A DNA stretch of 58,018 nt, from the IMG/VR virus record IMGVR_UViG_3300035670_013234; one strand, 5' to 3'. The position numbers and the translations under genes are program-made. Position 1 is the first letter of the stretch; every line of letters begins with the position of its first letter. The stretch comes from an uncultured virus (IMG/VR IMGVR_UViG_3300035670_013234) (lineage: Duplodnaviria; Heunggongvirae; Uroviricota; Caudoviricetes). This document shows positions 1-8,344 of this stretch, piece after piece. The notes below the pieces were generated by a model. The model saw only the letters and a program-made list of their open reading frames with translations. It was not told the DNA's origin and made no database searches.

Positions 1-1598
1 CTACTCAGCACTTGCATCAAACACTCAACACCAAACGAATCCAGACTGGAATCAAACACTTCATCAAGAATGAGTAAGTTTGTATTGGCACTGTTTTTCA
101 TTCGAGCAACATTGCGCCATGTAAACAGCAGAGCAAGATTGATTCTGGTCTTTTCGCCCTCTGAGAAGTTTTCATAACTAAAGTCATCGCGATTACGGGA
201 CTTAATAGTTTCCTTGAACTCTTCGTCCATATGGAAGTTGACAAAGAAGTCCATTGCAGCCAGATACTTGTTGACCAACTTATTAATAATCGGCAGATAC
301 TGTTTAATAATTTTAGCCTTGATGCCGCCATCTTTGAGCAACTGCGCCGCAGCATCATAATATTGTTTTTCTTCAACTGCTTTCTTGCGCTCTTCAACTA
401 TAGTAGTCAACTCGTCAAGCAATTTCTTTGACTGTTCTTTGGATTGTACGTTGGTATTCTTTTTACTTTCAAGTTCTTCGATCTCTTGTTGCAGAGTTAT
501 ATTGTACTTCTGCATATGTCGAATCAATGTTTGGTTGCTGTTTATTTGTTTTTGCAACTCAATAATACCATCATTGATTTTTTTAATTTGTTCTAGGTTT
601 TCTATTACCTGCCTTTGCTCTTCCCTGAGCGTAGTCAGTCCTTCTACGAGATTCTGCATCTTATCCTGACATTCACCAATTATCTGTTTCTTGAACTCAG
701 GCTCAATTTCCTGCTTACAAGAAGGGCACTGATCGTTGTCATTATAGAACTCAATTTCTTTCTCAGCCTTCGATATGTTGTTTTCAATCTTAGCCTGATA
801 AGAAGTCAACAGCTTTTGTTTCTTGAGCATTGACTCTTGATGCTGAATCTCAGACTCCAGCTCTGTTATCTTTGTAGCTTCTTCTTCGTTTGTTGCAATC
901 AACTTTTCTAGTTCTGTTTTGTTTTCTTCAAGTTGTTCTAGTTTCTTGTCGATGATCTCTTGATTGTTTTTCTTGATGCTCTCAATGTGCGCTTTGTGTA
1001 GCTCAATCTTTTCTTTGGTTGACTCAAGTTTGATCTTGAGTTCATTCACTTTGTTCTTGAGGCCATTTACCTTTTCTTTGACCACCTGATTCATGTTAGA
1101 GAAGATCTGAATATCAAGTAGATCTTCAATTACCTGTCGGCGGTCGTTGGCTGACAGTTGCATGAATGGAGTAAATGATGCACTACCAAGTATCACAATC
1201 TGAGTGAATGACTTGTAGTTCATCTTGATGATACTTTTCTCCAGCACTTCCTGATATTCTTTAGCCGAAGAATTCTGATCAAGTAAACTGTCGTCAACAT
1301 AGATCTCAAAGATATTGGGTTTGATGCCTCGGCGGATGATATACTTTCTATCTGCAATATCAAAGTAAAGCTCAACAAGACAATCTTTGCCGTTAACTGA
1401 GTTCACCAGTTGTGGTTTGTTGATATTGCGATAGGGTTTGCCAAACAGAGCAAACGTAATTGCATCTAGAATGGTTGATTTACCTGCGCCGTTTTCACCA
1501 AGGATAAGAACATTGCTTTCCTTGTTGAGTTCGACTTCAGTAAATACGTTACCAGTGGATAGTAGATTCTTCCACTTAATAGTCTTGAATGTAATCAT
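1..1598 (-). CDS. gp46: Recombination endonuclease subunit, SMC/Rad50-like ATPase (3' end runs off window)
   Basis: Not in ORF track; translated by hand from ATG at 1598 (ATGA overlap with gp47 stop): MITFKTIKWKNLLSTGN..., Walker A GENGAGKST, coiled coil with zinc-hook CPSC (~715), signature FSEGEK and Walker B LLILDEVFD near the window start; follows gp47. Confidence 0.95.
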   Translation of the reverse strand, partial: MITFKTIKWKNLLSTGNVFTEVELNKESNVLILGENGAGKSTILDAITFALFGKPYRNINKPQLVNSVNGKDCLVELYFDIADRKYIIRRGIKPNIFEIYVDDSLLDQNSSAKEYQEVLEKSIIKMNYKSFTQIVILGSASFTPFMQLSANDRRQVIEDLLDIQIFSNMNQVVKEKVNGLKNKVNELKIKLESTKEKIELHKAHIESIKKNNQEIIDKKLEQLEENKTELEKLIATNEEEATKITELESEIQHQESMLKKQKLLTSYQAKIENNISKAEKEIEFYNDNDQCPSCKQEIEPEFKKQIIGECQDKMQNLVEGLTTLREEQRQVIENLEQIKKINDGIIELQKQINSNQTLIRHMQKYNITLQQEIEELESKKNTNVQSKEQSKKLLDELTTIVEERKKAVEEKQYYDAAAQLLKDGGIKAKIIKQYLPIINKLVNKYLAAMDFFVNFHMDEEFKETIKSRNRDDFSYENFSEGEKTRINLALLFTWRNVARMKNSANTNLLILDEVFDSSLDSFGVECLMQVLS

Positions 1599-2659
1599 GC
1601 TTCGACAGTCAAAGCCTCTGCATATATTTCACGTAGTATACTCTTTAATTTGGGTTTATTCAAATCAATTTCAACTCCATCAACATATTTGTCAAGGATA
1701 GTTAGAGTATCATCTGCCTGATCAATCTCAGACTCATCCTCAAGTGCTACTTGTTCGCTGAAGTCTTCGACAATAGAAAGATCGGCAGGAGCAGAACGAA
1801 TCAGATTATCAATGAATGTTTCAAAAACAAACTCATTAGTCTTTTTGGAAACAATAACTTTGATATACTTTGAAGTGTACTGACTGTAGTCGTGGTTCTT
1901 GACTTCATTGTAGAAGAAGTCTTCATCGTTGTAGATGAACTTCTTGAAGATAGTATGCGGATTCTCAAAGAACTCAAGCTCGCGGGTTTCGGTATCAAAA
2001 ATATGAAACCCGCGAGGATCATTGTAATCACTCCATGTCATTTCATATGGAGTGCCAACATATAGAATATTCCCTTTCTGCGAGCGATGATGAAAATGAC
2101 CAGTTAGGACAAGCTCATAACGCTTGAGCTCTTCGGCTGATTGTCCTTCGTGGCATACGTTCCCTCGATCCATTTCAAAGCCAGCCAACTCAAAATGACC
2201 AAGACAGAAGCTACTAGTAGAATTTTTAATGTATGCAGCAACGTCTTCCCGATTCGAATCGCAAATCCAAGGAATAATATCAAAAGCAATCCCACCGAAA
2301 TGTAAAGTGTTAGGCTCTCTATGTATCCAAACATTACCGTATTCTCCCAGAACTAGTTCGGTTGAGTTGACATCTAGAGTGTTCTTATAAAACACATCAT
2401 GATTACCAAGTAATGTGTGGAAAGGAATGTTTCTATGTTTGACAGGATTGAACAGATATTCCTTAGCCAACTTTAGGCTTTGGAAGTTGATGTACTTCCG
2501 TCGATCAAACAAATCACCAAGTTGAACAATATTCCTGACTTCATATTTATCAATGATAGGGAAAAACGTTTCCTCATAGAACTTCTTGAACAACTGGTGA
2601 AATATTAGGCTGTCGTTCCGAGCGCCTATGTGAGCATCTCCGAGTATGGCTATCTTCAA
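1595..2659 (-). CDS. gp47: Recombination endonuclease subunit, Mre11/SbcD-like metallophosphoesterase
   Basis: Motifs GDAHIG, LGDLFD, LGNHD, GHFE, GHFH; synteny between gp55 and gp46. Confidence 0.96.
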   Translation of the reverse strand: MKIAILGDAHIGARNDSLIFHQLFKKFYEETFFPIIDKYEVRNIVQLGDLFDRRKYINFQSLKLAKEYLFNPVKHRNIPFHTLLGNHDVFYKNTLDVNSTELVLGEYGNVWIHREPNTLHFGGIAFDIIPWICDSNREDVAAYIKNSTSSFCLGHFELAGFEMDRGNVCHEGQSAEELKRYELVLTGHFHHRSQKGNILYVGTPYEMTWSDYNDPRGFHIFDTETRELEFFENPHTIFKKFIYNDEDFFYNEVKNHDYSQYTSKYIKVIVSKKTNEFVFETFIDNLIRSAPADLSIVEDFSEQVALEDESEIDQADDTLTILDKYVDGVEIDLNKPKLKSILREIYAEALTVEA

Positions 2660-2874
2660 GCAGCTTCCCTCTTAATTTCCCAAGCCCAGTTTACCGCGCA
2701 CCAATCAACAATGCATCGATCTTTCGAAAGTTTAGCAATGTTCTCTCCACGTTTAATCATTCGCATACACCAATCATCCCAATACTCTTTAATAATTTCT
2801 TCCTCGCTCAGAGTTACTTCTACAGATTGGCCAAACGCATCATCAGCTGGTATGATATACCTATAATACCTCAT
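2656..2874 (-). CDS. Hypothetical 72-aa Trp-rich protein
   Basis: Fills the gap between gp55 and gp47 with 4-nt ATGA overlaps at both ends. Confidence 0.75.
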   Translation of the reverse strand: MRYYRYIIPADDAFGQSVEVTLSEEEIIKEYWDDWCMRMIKRGENIAKLSKDRCIVDWCAVNWAWEIKREAA

Positions 2875-3377
2875 TCTGATTCCCCTTTCAACTTTTTTGT
2901 TTTGACAGAAGTTTCATAGTTCTCAATAAACGCTGAAATATTATCATACAGTTCAAACTGTCTGTTAACACCATCAGCATCTAGTTGATTGAATTCATCA
3001 ATAACACCAGACATCTCTGCTGACTTGTACTTGACATAGAGTTGTTTCTTCTCGCGTTGTATCCGCCTCAAGAATGCATAATATACTATTTGAGTGAAAT
3101 AAGCAAATGGATTACTGGATTTTGTTGGGTCGAAGTTGTCAGCATAGAGCACACAGTTTTCAATAGCATCGGAAATCATTTCATCACGAAAAGTATAAGA
3201 GATAAAGTTGGGCTTATGTGATAGGTTCTCAGCTATCATCATGAAACACTTCCCAACATACTCAGGAATCCGAGGCTTCTGTTTGTTGGCTTCTTTAGCT
3301 TCCTTGATCTTATCCTTGTATGCAATCATTTCTTTCAGGAACATTGAATTGTCAATATAATGCGTTCTTTTCTTCAT
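2871..3377 (-). CDS. gp55: Late-transcription sigma factor
   Basis: HYIDN, IAENLSHKPNF, DEMISDAIENC, NPFAYFTQIVYYAFLRRIQREKKQ are characteristic gp55 motifs. Confidence 0.97.
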   Translation of the reverse strand: MKKRTHYIDNSMFLKEMIAYKDKIKEAKEANKQKPRIPEYVGKCFMMIAENLSHKPNFISYTFRDEMISDAIENCVLYADNFDPTKSSNPFAYFTQIVYYAFLRRIQREKKQLYVKYKSAEMSGVIDEFNQLDADGVNRQFELYDNISAFIENYETSVKTKKLKGESE

Positions 3378-3383
3378 AAATAT

Positions 3384-3411
3384 TTGCCTTTTTTCAAAAA
3401 GATAGTATAAT
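3384..3411 (+). promoter_or_regulatory. Sigma70-like promoter, antisense to the local genes
   Basis: TTGCCT (3384-3389), 16 nt, TATAAT (3406-3411) in the 53-bp intergenic gap upstream of gp55. Confidence 0.5.
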
Positions 3412-3430
3412 CACTGTGTGGTCTTTTAAG

Positions 3431-3823
3431 TTAATGTTTCTTTATACTCTTCCAGACATCTTCGAAAGACACTACGGTTTTATCCGCATTTTCCTGCAGT
3501 ACCTTCTTCTTCATGTCTTCATCAGGAATAATGGAGAAGAAGATCTCAGAAACCTCAATGTAGTTATCAAGAAAGTTCTTTTGTACTTCTAGAACAAATA
3601 GAACATCTTTCATTGAAACTGTCAAATAATCAAACTTAGCAATCAAGGGTGGTACCCATTCCTTGATATGTAAGATCTGCTGTTCTTCATAGTCACCAAC
3701 ATTATCGTGTTGTATTTGAATAGGTCTTGCCAAATACATGAAGTCATCATGCATTTCAGTGTGGGCAACAATATTCTCTCCATTTCGCAGTTTGATAAAG
3801 CGAACTGTATCTGGTGTTAGCAT
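3431..3823 (-). CDS. Hypothetical protein between uvsW and gp55 (possible Sm-like fold)
   Basis: 130-aa ORF with TAATG coupling to uvsW; N-terminal IKLRNGENIVA motif; position commonly occupied by such an ORF in aquatic T4-like phages. Confidence 0.8.
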   Translation of the reverse strand: MLTPDTVRFIKLRNGENIVAHTEMHDDFMYLARPIQIQHDNVGDYEEQQILHIKEWVPPLIAKFDYLTVSMKDVLFVLEVQKNFLDNYIEVSEIFFSIIPDEDMKKKVLQENADKTVVSFEDVWKSIKKH

Positions 3824-5274
3824 TATTGGATCTCCACTTTCTTTGTGCTGATTGGGAACTTTTCTTCGTTGTACATTTTAATACGTTCCTCAAAGTGTTT
3901 CAATGCAAAGTTCACATTACTTTTATATCGCAAATCATCTGCTATATCGTAGAGCACTGCTTGCTCTTTATCATCACCTAAACGTAAACCTCGACCAATA
4001 GACTGAAGGCTTCTAATTCTGCTCTTCGTTGGTGACGCGAAGATAATATTATGGAGGTTCCTTATATTTATTCCAGTAGAAAAGGTGCCATACGAAGCTA
4101 TGATAATTGCATCTTTTTCTTTCTCAGTAATATGACGGATCTCTTCTCTATCCATCACATCAGTTGATCCGCATACAAAAAATATTTTTCTGTTGTAGTT
4201 CTTTTGTTTGAACAGTTCGTGTAATACTTTACCATGCTTTTCAACATAGGTGTAGAGGATTAGAGTGTTGCCTTCAAGACTAGCAGCCAGTCCACGAATA
4301 AATTTATTACGCTCTTCATTTGATACAAGGAAATCCATCTCTTCTGGATAAGTCATACCGCGAACATGTTTGCAAACAGCTTCAGGATACTTGAGTATCA
4401 TACACTTGATTGCAAAGTTTGCTAGGTGTTTCTGTTCAATCAGTTCTTTGGTTGTGACAATCTTTTTTACTGGACCAAACAATCCTTCAAGAACTAGTTT
4501 GTTTACTTTAGTGCCATCAAGTGTACCTGTTGTACCAATACGATAGTCGCAGTTAATCAGTTTGGTCATAATATCAGTAAGTGACTTGGCCTTGAATGTA
4601 TGAGCTTCATCGCCGATCACATAATCAAACTTCGAAAAATATTTTTTTGGCATATCGTAGATTGATTGCCAAGTTGAAATGATTACAGGAGCAAGTGGTT
4701 CTTTCTCTCGCCCCTGATAAATTTTCTGGCAGTAGTTTTCTGCATCCCAACCATAGGATTTAAAGTCGCCATACATCTGCTCAACAAGTGATACAGTTGG
4801 CACAATCAACAGACCTTGCTTTTTACCAAGAGCCATGAGCTTACGGATGATCAGATAGATGATAAGAGATTTGCCTGATGCAGTTGGTGAAATAATTACT
4901 GCTCTTTTCTTTGTTGCTGAGTAGCCAAAGGCAGTTAGCTGATAATCTCTTGGCGCAAAAGGCAGACCGAGTGTATCAACAAAAGAAAGATCTATTGGAG
5001 TTTTGCCGAAGTAATTGGTGTTATCTTCAACAGGATACTCATTGATATTACAGAACTCGATGATGTATGGGACTAGACCAGCATATATTTTTCTAAACCT
5101 ATAATTAAAAAGTTTGATAGTACCATCCCAGTGTTTATTTCTATATGCAGGAGAAAATTTTGCATTTGGTACTTGAAATGTAAAAAATTGATTTAATTCC
5201 ATTGCAATAGAATCTTCACAATCTACATGACAATAGATATTGTCTATTTTATTTATTTGTATCTGTATTTCCAT
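3823..5274 (-). CDS. uvsW: SF2 RNA-DNA/DNA-DNA helicase UvsW
   Basis: PRDYQ, SPTASGKS, DEAH, GTTGT, STGINI, QSIGRGLR; N-terminal WDGTIKLF. Confidence 0.97.
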   Translation of the reverse strand: MEIQIQINKIDNIYCHVDCEDSIAMELNQFFTFQVPNAKFSPAYRNKHWDGTIKLFNYRFRKIYAGLVPYIIEFCNINEYPVEDNTNYFGKTPIDLSFVDTLGLPFAPRDYQLTAFGYSATKKRAVIISPTASGKSLIIYLIIRKLMALGKKQGLLIVPTVSLVEQMYGDFKSYGWDAENYCQKIYQGREKEPLAPVIISTWQSIYDMPKKYFSKFDYVIGDEAHTFKAKSLTDIMTKLINCDYRIGTTGTLDGTKVNKLVLEGLFGPVKKIVTTKELIEQKHLANFAIKCMILKYPEAVCKHVRGMTYPEEMDFLVSNEERNKFIRGLAASLEGNTLILYTYVEKHGKVLHELFKQKNYNRKIFFVCGSTDVMDREEIRHITEKEKDAIIIASYGTFSTGINIRNLHNIIFASPTKSRIRSLQSIGRGLRLGDDKEQAVLYDIADDLRYKSNVNFALKHFEERIKMYNEEKFPISTKKVEIQ

Positions 5275-5747
5275 GGTTGTACTTTTTTCATCCTTATAGA
5301 CCTTTTCTCACTATCTGCTAATGCTGCGGCTTTCATTTTTTCTCTAACTTCTGGCCTTTTTGCAGGGTTTTTGTCTCCTAGAGTTCCGCATTTTGAATGA
5401 TCTCTGTTGAATCTTCCTTCATCCCACGCTTTTTTTATCTGTTCTCCACATTTTTTCCTATCGACTCTAGAAGAAAATTCTCGCTGTTTCTTTGCATCTT
5501 TAAATACGCAGTTGGACCTTCCTCTTTTCCATCCTTCTGGTATCGTCTCAAAATTAAAAATATAATTGTCGACAGTCCCATTAGTTATCCATATTTTACC
5601 ACTAGTGGTCGATCCGCCCAATGAGGTTTTCTTTGAGTCTTCTGGTATCTTATCCAGTTCCTGATCGCTGAGTGAAGGCATTTCTTCGAAAGGTATTTCT
5701 AGAATTTCGCAAAGGTTTTGCGAAAAGTTGTATGTATAAATAGACAT
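5253..5747 (-). CDS. Homing-endonuclease-related DNA-binding protein (WITNG..PEGWxxGR and NUMOD3-like motifs), no visible catalytic domain
   Basis: Likely start ATG 5747 (SD AAGGAG 7 nt upstream), 164 aa; KIWITNG...IPEGWKRGR and GDKNPAKRPEVREKM motifs are typical of the C-terminal DNA-binding parts of phage HNH/GIY-YIG endonucleases. Confidence 0.75.
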   Translation of the reverse strand: MSIYTYNFSQNLCEILEIPFEEMPSLSDQELDKIPEDSKKTSLGGSTTSGKIWITNGTVDNYIFNFETIPEGWKRGRSNCVFKDAKKQREFSSRVDRKKCGEQIKKAWDEGRFNRDHSKCGTLGDKNPAKRPEVREKMKAAALADSEKRSIRMKKVQPWKYRYK

Positions 5748-5814
5748 GCTGGCACTCCTTACAGTGTTAGAGTCCCTGGGAATTGCAGTTCCGCGAGGGA
5801 CATCTCTATTTATA
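5735..5814. ncRNA. Candidate structured RNA/regulatory element: 14-bp terminal inverted repeat containing two convergent late promoters, with two inner hairpins
   Basis: TATAAATAGACATG (5735-5748) pairs with CATCTCTATTTATA (5801-5814) at 13/14; inner stems 5749-5756/5763-5770, 5772-5777/5796-5801, 5779-5783/5788-5792. Confidence 0.6.
5807..5814 (-). promoter_or_regulatory. T4-type late promoter for the HE-like gene
   Basis: Perfect TATAAATA just after the uvsY stop. Confidence 0.8.
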
Positions 5815-5820
5815 AAATAT

Positions 5821-6285
5821 TTAATGCTGACCATGTATAAACTTTTCCCAAGACATATATTCTTTTAATTGCCATGTTCGATTGTTCAATTCTTTCATCA
5901 CATTTACACAAAATGCAGCTGCTTCTTCGTGGTAACTTTTCTTAGCCTGGAGCCTAGTCAAATCATCATCACCTTCAAGATGCATTGCTAGATCTTGCTT
6001 GAGTACAAACGGAAACTGTTCCCAGCCATACTTATCAAGTTCTTCCTGAGAAAGTTTTCCATTGTAATACATCCACTTCAGTTTTCTTAGTTTGTTGTAC
6101 TCAATAGCAATTTTCTTAGCAGCAAGATTGTGGGCTGAAAGAAACTTATTGTATTTGTTGTGGAGAATAGGAATACGAATGATTTCTTTTCCAGGTTCAG
6201 TGGAATCGACATTTGAGTCTTTGGTCCACTCACTCATAATTTGTTCGATTGCTACAGCTTCAAGTTTCATAGTCAAAACATCCAT
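5821..6285 (-). CDS. uvsY: Recombination mediator UvsY
   Basis: IPILHNKY, KWMYYNGK, NNRTWQLK..MSWEKF motifs; located between gp3 and uvsW; start may be 6285 or 6270. Confidence 0.92.
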   Translation of the reverse strand: MDVLTMKLEAVAIEQIMSEWTKDSNVDSTEPGKEIIRIPILHNKYNKFLSAHNLAAKKIAIEYNKLRKLKWMYYNGKLSQEELDKYGWEQFPFVLKQDLAMHLEGDDDLTRLQAKKSYHEEAAAFCVNVMKELNNRTWQLKEYMSWEKFIHGQH

Positions 6286-6300
6286 CTTGAATTTATCCCA

Positions 6301-6329
6301 AGTATACTATAAATTATATTTTATGTCAA
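6301..6329 (-). promoter_or_regulatory. Sigma70-type early promoter of uvsY
   Basis: TTGACA (6329-6324), 17 nt, TATACT (6306-6301) on minus strand in the gp3-uvsY gap. Confidence 0.85.
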
Positions 6330-6330
6330 G

Positions 6331-6876
6331 TCAAACTCTTTCGATGTCGTAATAGGAGAACCTGAACGTAGCATCTGATGTAGTGATGACATCAGCTGTA
6401 TCACCTGTATTGAACAGAATAGATCCAACAGATGTGGGAAATACATCTTTAAATTTCACTCTGAAGTTTACATTATTTTTATTTGTATACACTGTAAGTG
6501 TAGCATCAGTATATTGAGGAGGAAGTCTGTTTGCTCCTCTGTATGCTGCAGTTGATGATAGCCTCTCCAGTTCACGATACTCTTTAAAGTCAGTTGGGAA
6601 ACACATTGCCCGAATCCAGTCATGGAGTGATTGCCAGCCTCTAAGATTTTCATCTACAACAAACGTGACATTAAACGTATCATACATCATCTTTTCGCCT
6701 GGAACATACAAATCAATGAATGGAGTATTGCGCGGAACTTCAGAAAGAGATACGCCAGGCAAGTTAGCAGTCTGACAGAAAAACGTAATGTTCTCAAGTC
6801 TAGTGAAATTGAGTCTGAACTTAGTTGTTTGTAGAATATCTTTGTTGAGAGGATTTCTTACTGCAACGTTAGCCAT
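6331..6876 (-). CDS. gp3: Tail completion/sheath stabiliser protein
   Basis: FFCQTANLPGVSL, F.VDENL, W...HDWI, FKDVFPTS, ATFRFSYY; directly after gp23. Confidence 0.92.
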   Translation of the reverse strand: MANVAVRNPLNKDILQTTKFRLNFTRLENITFFCQTANLPGVSLSEVPRNTPFIDLYVPGEKMMYDTFNVTFVVDENLRGWQSLHDWIRAMCFPTDFKEYRELERLSSTAAYRGANRLPPQYTDATLTVYTNKNNVNFRVKFKDVFPTSVGSILFNTGDTADVITTSDATFRFSYYDIERV

Positions 6877-6900
6877 TATAGTTTCTCGAGGAATATAAAG

Positions 6901-6908
6901 TATTTATA
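6901..6908 (-). promoter_or_regulatory. Late promoter for gp3
   Basis: TATAAATA 25 nt upstream of the gp3 ATG. Confidence 0.85.
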
Positions 6909-6909
6909 G

Positions 6910-6936
6910 AAAAGAAAAGGGGGACCGAAGTCCCCC
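6910..6936 (-). terminator. Intrinsic terminator after gp23
   Basis: GGGGGAC-UUCG-GUCCCCC followed by UUUUCUUUU on the minus strand. Confidence 0.92.
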
Positions 6937-6970
6937 AAAAATCGCTGTTATTGTTATAGTAGCGATTTTA

Positions 6971-8317
6971 TTAACCCGTAAGGTTAAGTACACGGAATCG
7001 ACGATAGTAGAGGTTGCTATTGTTAGCAAGCGCACCATCACCTGCCGAAGTAGCGAAAGGATTCGCAACGAGACCATAACGGGTCTTGAAGCCAATCTTA
7101 GGCTGGAAGGTGTTTGGATTGATTGCACGTACCATCTGGAGAGGTACGTATGGGCAATAGAACATACCAGCGTCATAAGGAGTTGTTCCCTTATAACCGA
7201 CAACAACGAAGTCCTGAGCCTGTACGGAGTATGGATCAACATACACCTTGATTCGACCGAAGAGCGTACCAGCGAAGGTATTGCCCGTGTCGTCAACAGT
7301 CAGGTTCGTGCTATTGGTGAGGCCGCTGTTGTAGTCAAGAAGGCCAGTCATTGCGAGAGCGGATGCTACGTCTGTGGAGACGATAAGCATGTTGCCCTTG
7401 CCACGACGGGTATCTTTAGCGATCTGGTTGCTTGCGCGCTCGATCGCGAACAGAAGTCCCTTGAAACGCTCAACAGCCCAACGGCCAGTTGTATCAGCAC
7501 TGTTCGTCAGGTTGAAGATAGCAGATGTTGCGGTATTGTTGAGATAACCAACTTTAGCAGTTGCGTAGATCTTACGAACAACTTCGCGGTTGATTTCAGC
7601 AAGGATTTCCGTTGACAGGATATTGCTGAGTTCTGCTTCGGCGTCGAGGCCATGGATAGCCTTGAGGTCCTGGGCGAGTTCAAGCGTATATTCTGCCTTC
7701 AGAGCGCGGGTTCCTGCAACAACCGATACGCGATCGATCGTGAAGCCCATTTCACCGAATGCCGTACCACCACCGAGATCTTCAGCAGTGATTGTGGCAA
7801 TGCTGCTACCCGTGTTACCAAGTTCGAATTGCTGAGTGATTGCTGGTTGTGAGTTAGCAGTACCGCCAAATGGCGTGTTGTTGTCATGGGTGCCTGATCC
7901 AGCGAAGTCGGTGTCGGCTTCGTTGAACAGAGCTTCACCAGTGACAGCAGTTGTATTGGCATACTGTGAACGCATTGCGAAGATAAGGCCAGTTGGACCC
8001 GTCATTGGCTGAACGCCGCAGATGTCATATGCCATCAGGTTGGGCATTGCACGACGGACGAGACCGATGAGGATAGGATCGAAGCCTTTTACGTTGCCTT
8101 CTGAACCTTGAATTGGTGACATACCACCAGCAACAGCGTTGACTGGGGATGCTTCCCAAAGGTTATTCATTGCCATTGCTTCTTCGCGAAGGGCACGCTC
8201 TTGGTTCTCCAGAACGAGGGCAGTTACGGCACGACGATAGGGGTCGGCAATTTTGCTGAGTTCTGGGTGATCAAGAACGGGAGCCCACTTCTTTGTGTGA
8301 GTTTCTGATAGATACAT
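6971..8317 (-). CDS. gp23: Major capsid protein
   Basis: KWAPVLDH, GVQPMTGPTGLIFAMR, RALKAEYTLELAQDLKAIHGLDAE, FYCPYVPLQM, FQPKIGFKTRYG. Confidence 0.99.
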   Translation of the reverse strand: MYLSETHTKKWAPVLDHPELSKIADPYRRAVTALVLENQERALREEAMAMNNLWEASPVNAVAGGMSPIQGSEGNVKGFDPILIGLVRRAMPNLMAYDICGVQPMTGPTGLIFAMRSQYANTTAVTGEALFNEADTDFAGSGTHDNNTPFGGTANSQPAITQQFELGNTGSSIATITAEDLGGGTAFGEMGFTIDRVSVVAGTRALKAEYTLELAQDLKAIHGLDAEAELSNILSTEILAEINREVVRKIYATAKVGYLNNTATSAIFNLTNSADTTGRWAVERFKGLLFAIERASNQIAKDTRRGKGNMLIVSTDVASALAMTGLLDYNSGLTNSTNLTVDDTGNTFAGTLFGRIKVYVDPYSVQAQDFVVVGYKGTTPYDAGMFYCPYVPLQMVRAINPNTFQPKIGFKTRYGLVANPFATSAGDGALANNSNLYYRRFRVLNLTG

Positions 8318-8344
8318 GGTTAGTTCTCCGTAGTTCTAGTTGCT

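Noticed and set aside
98..1701. Short ORFs listed in the track at the window start
   Set aside because: They overlap the real gp46 frame, which the track omitted because it has no stop in the window
5745..5805. Match of the hairpin element to tRNA or to a hammerhead/twister/HDV-like ribozyme
   Set aside because: No TTC T-loop, acceptor stem, CUGANGA/GAAA core or required pseudoknots could be fitted by eye; a covariance-model search is needed to exclude this fully
5253..5834. Group I intron or intein between uvsY and uvsW; longer 193-aa version of the ORF
   Set aside because: Both flanking genes are complete, no intron core is visible, and the upstream 29 codons run through the promoter/hairpin element; the SD supports ATG 5747
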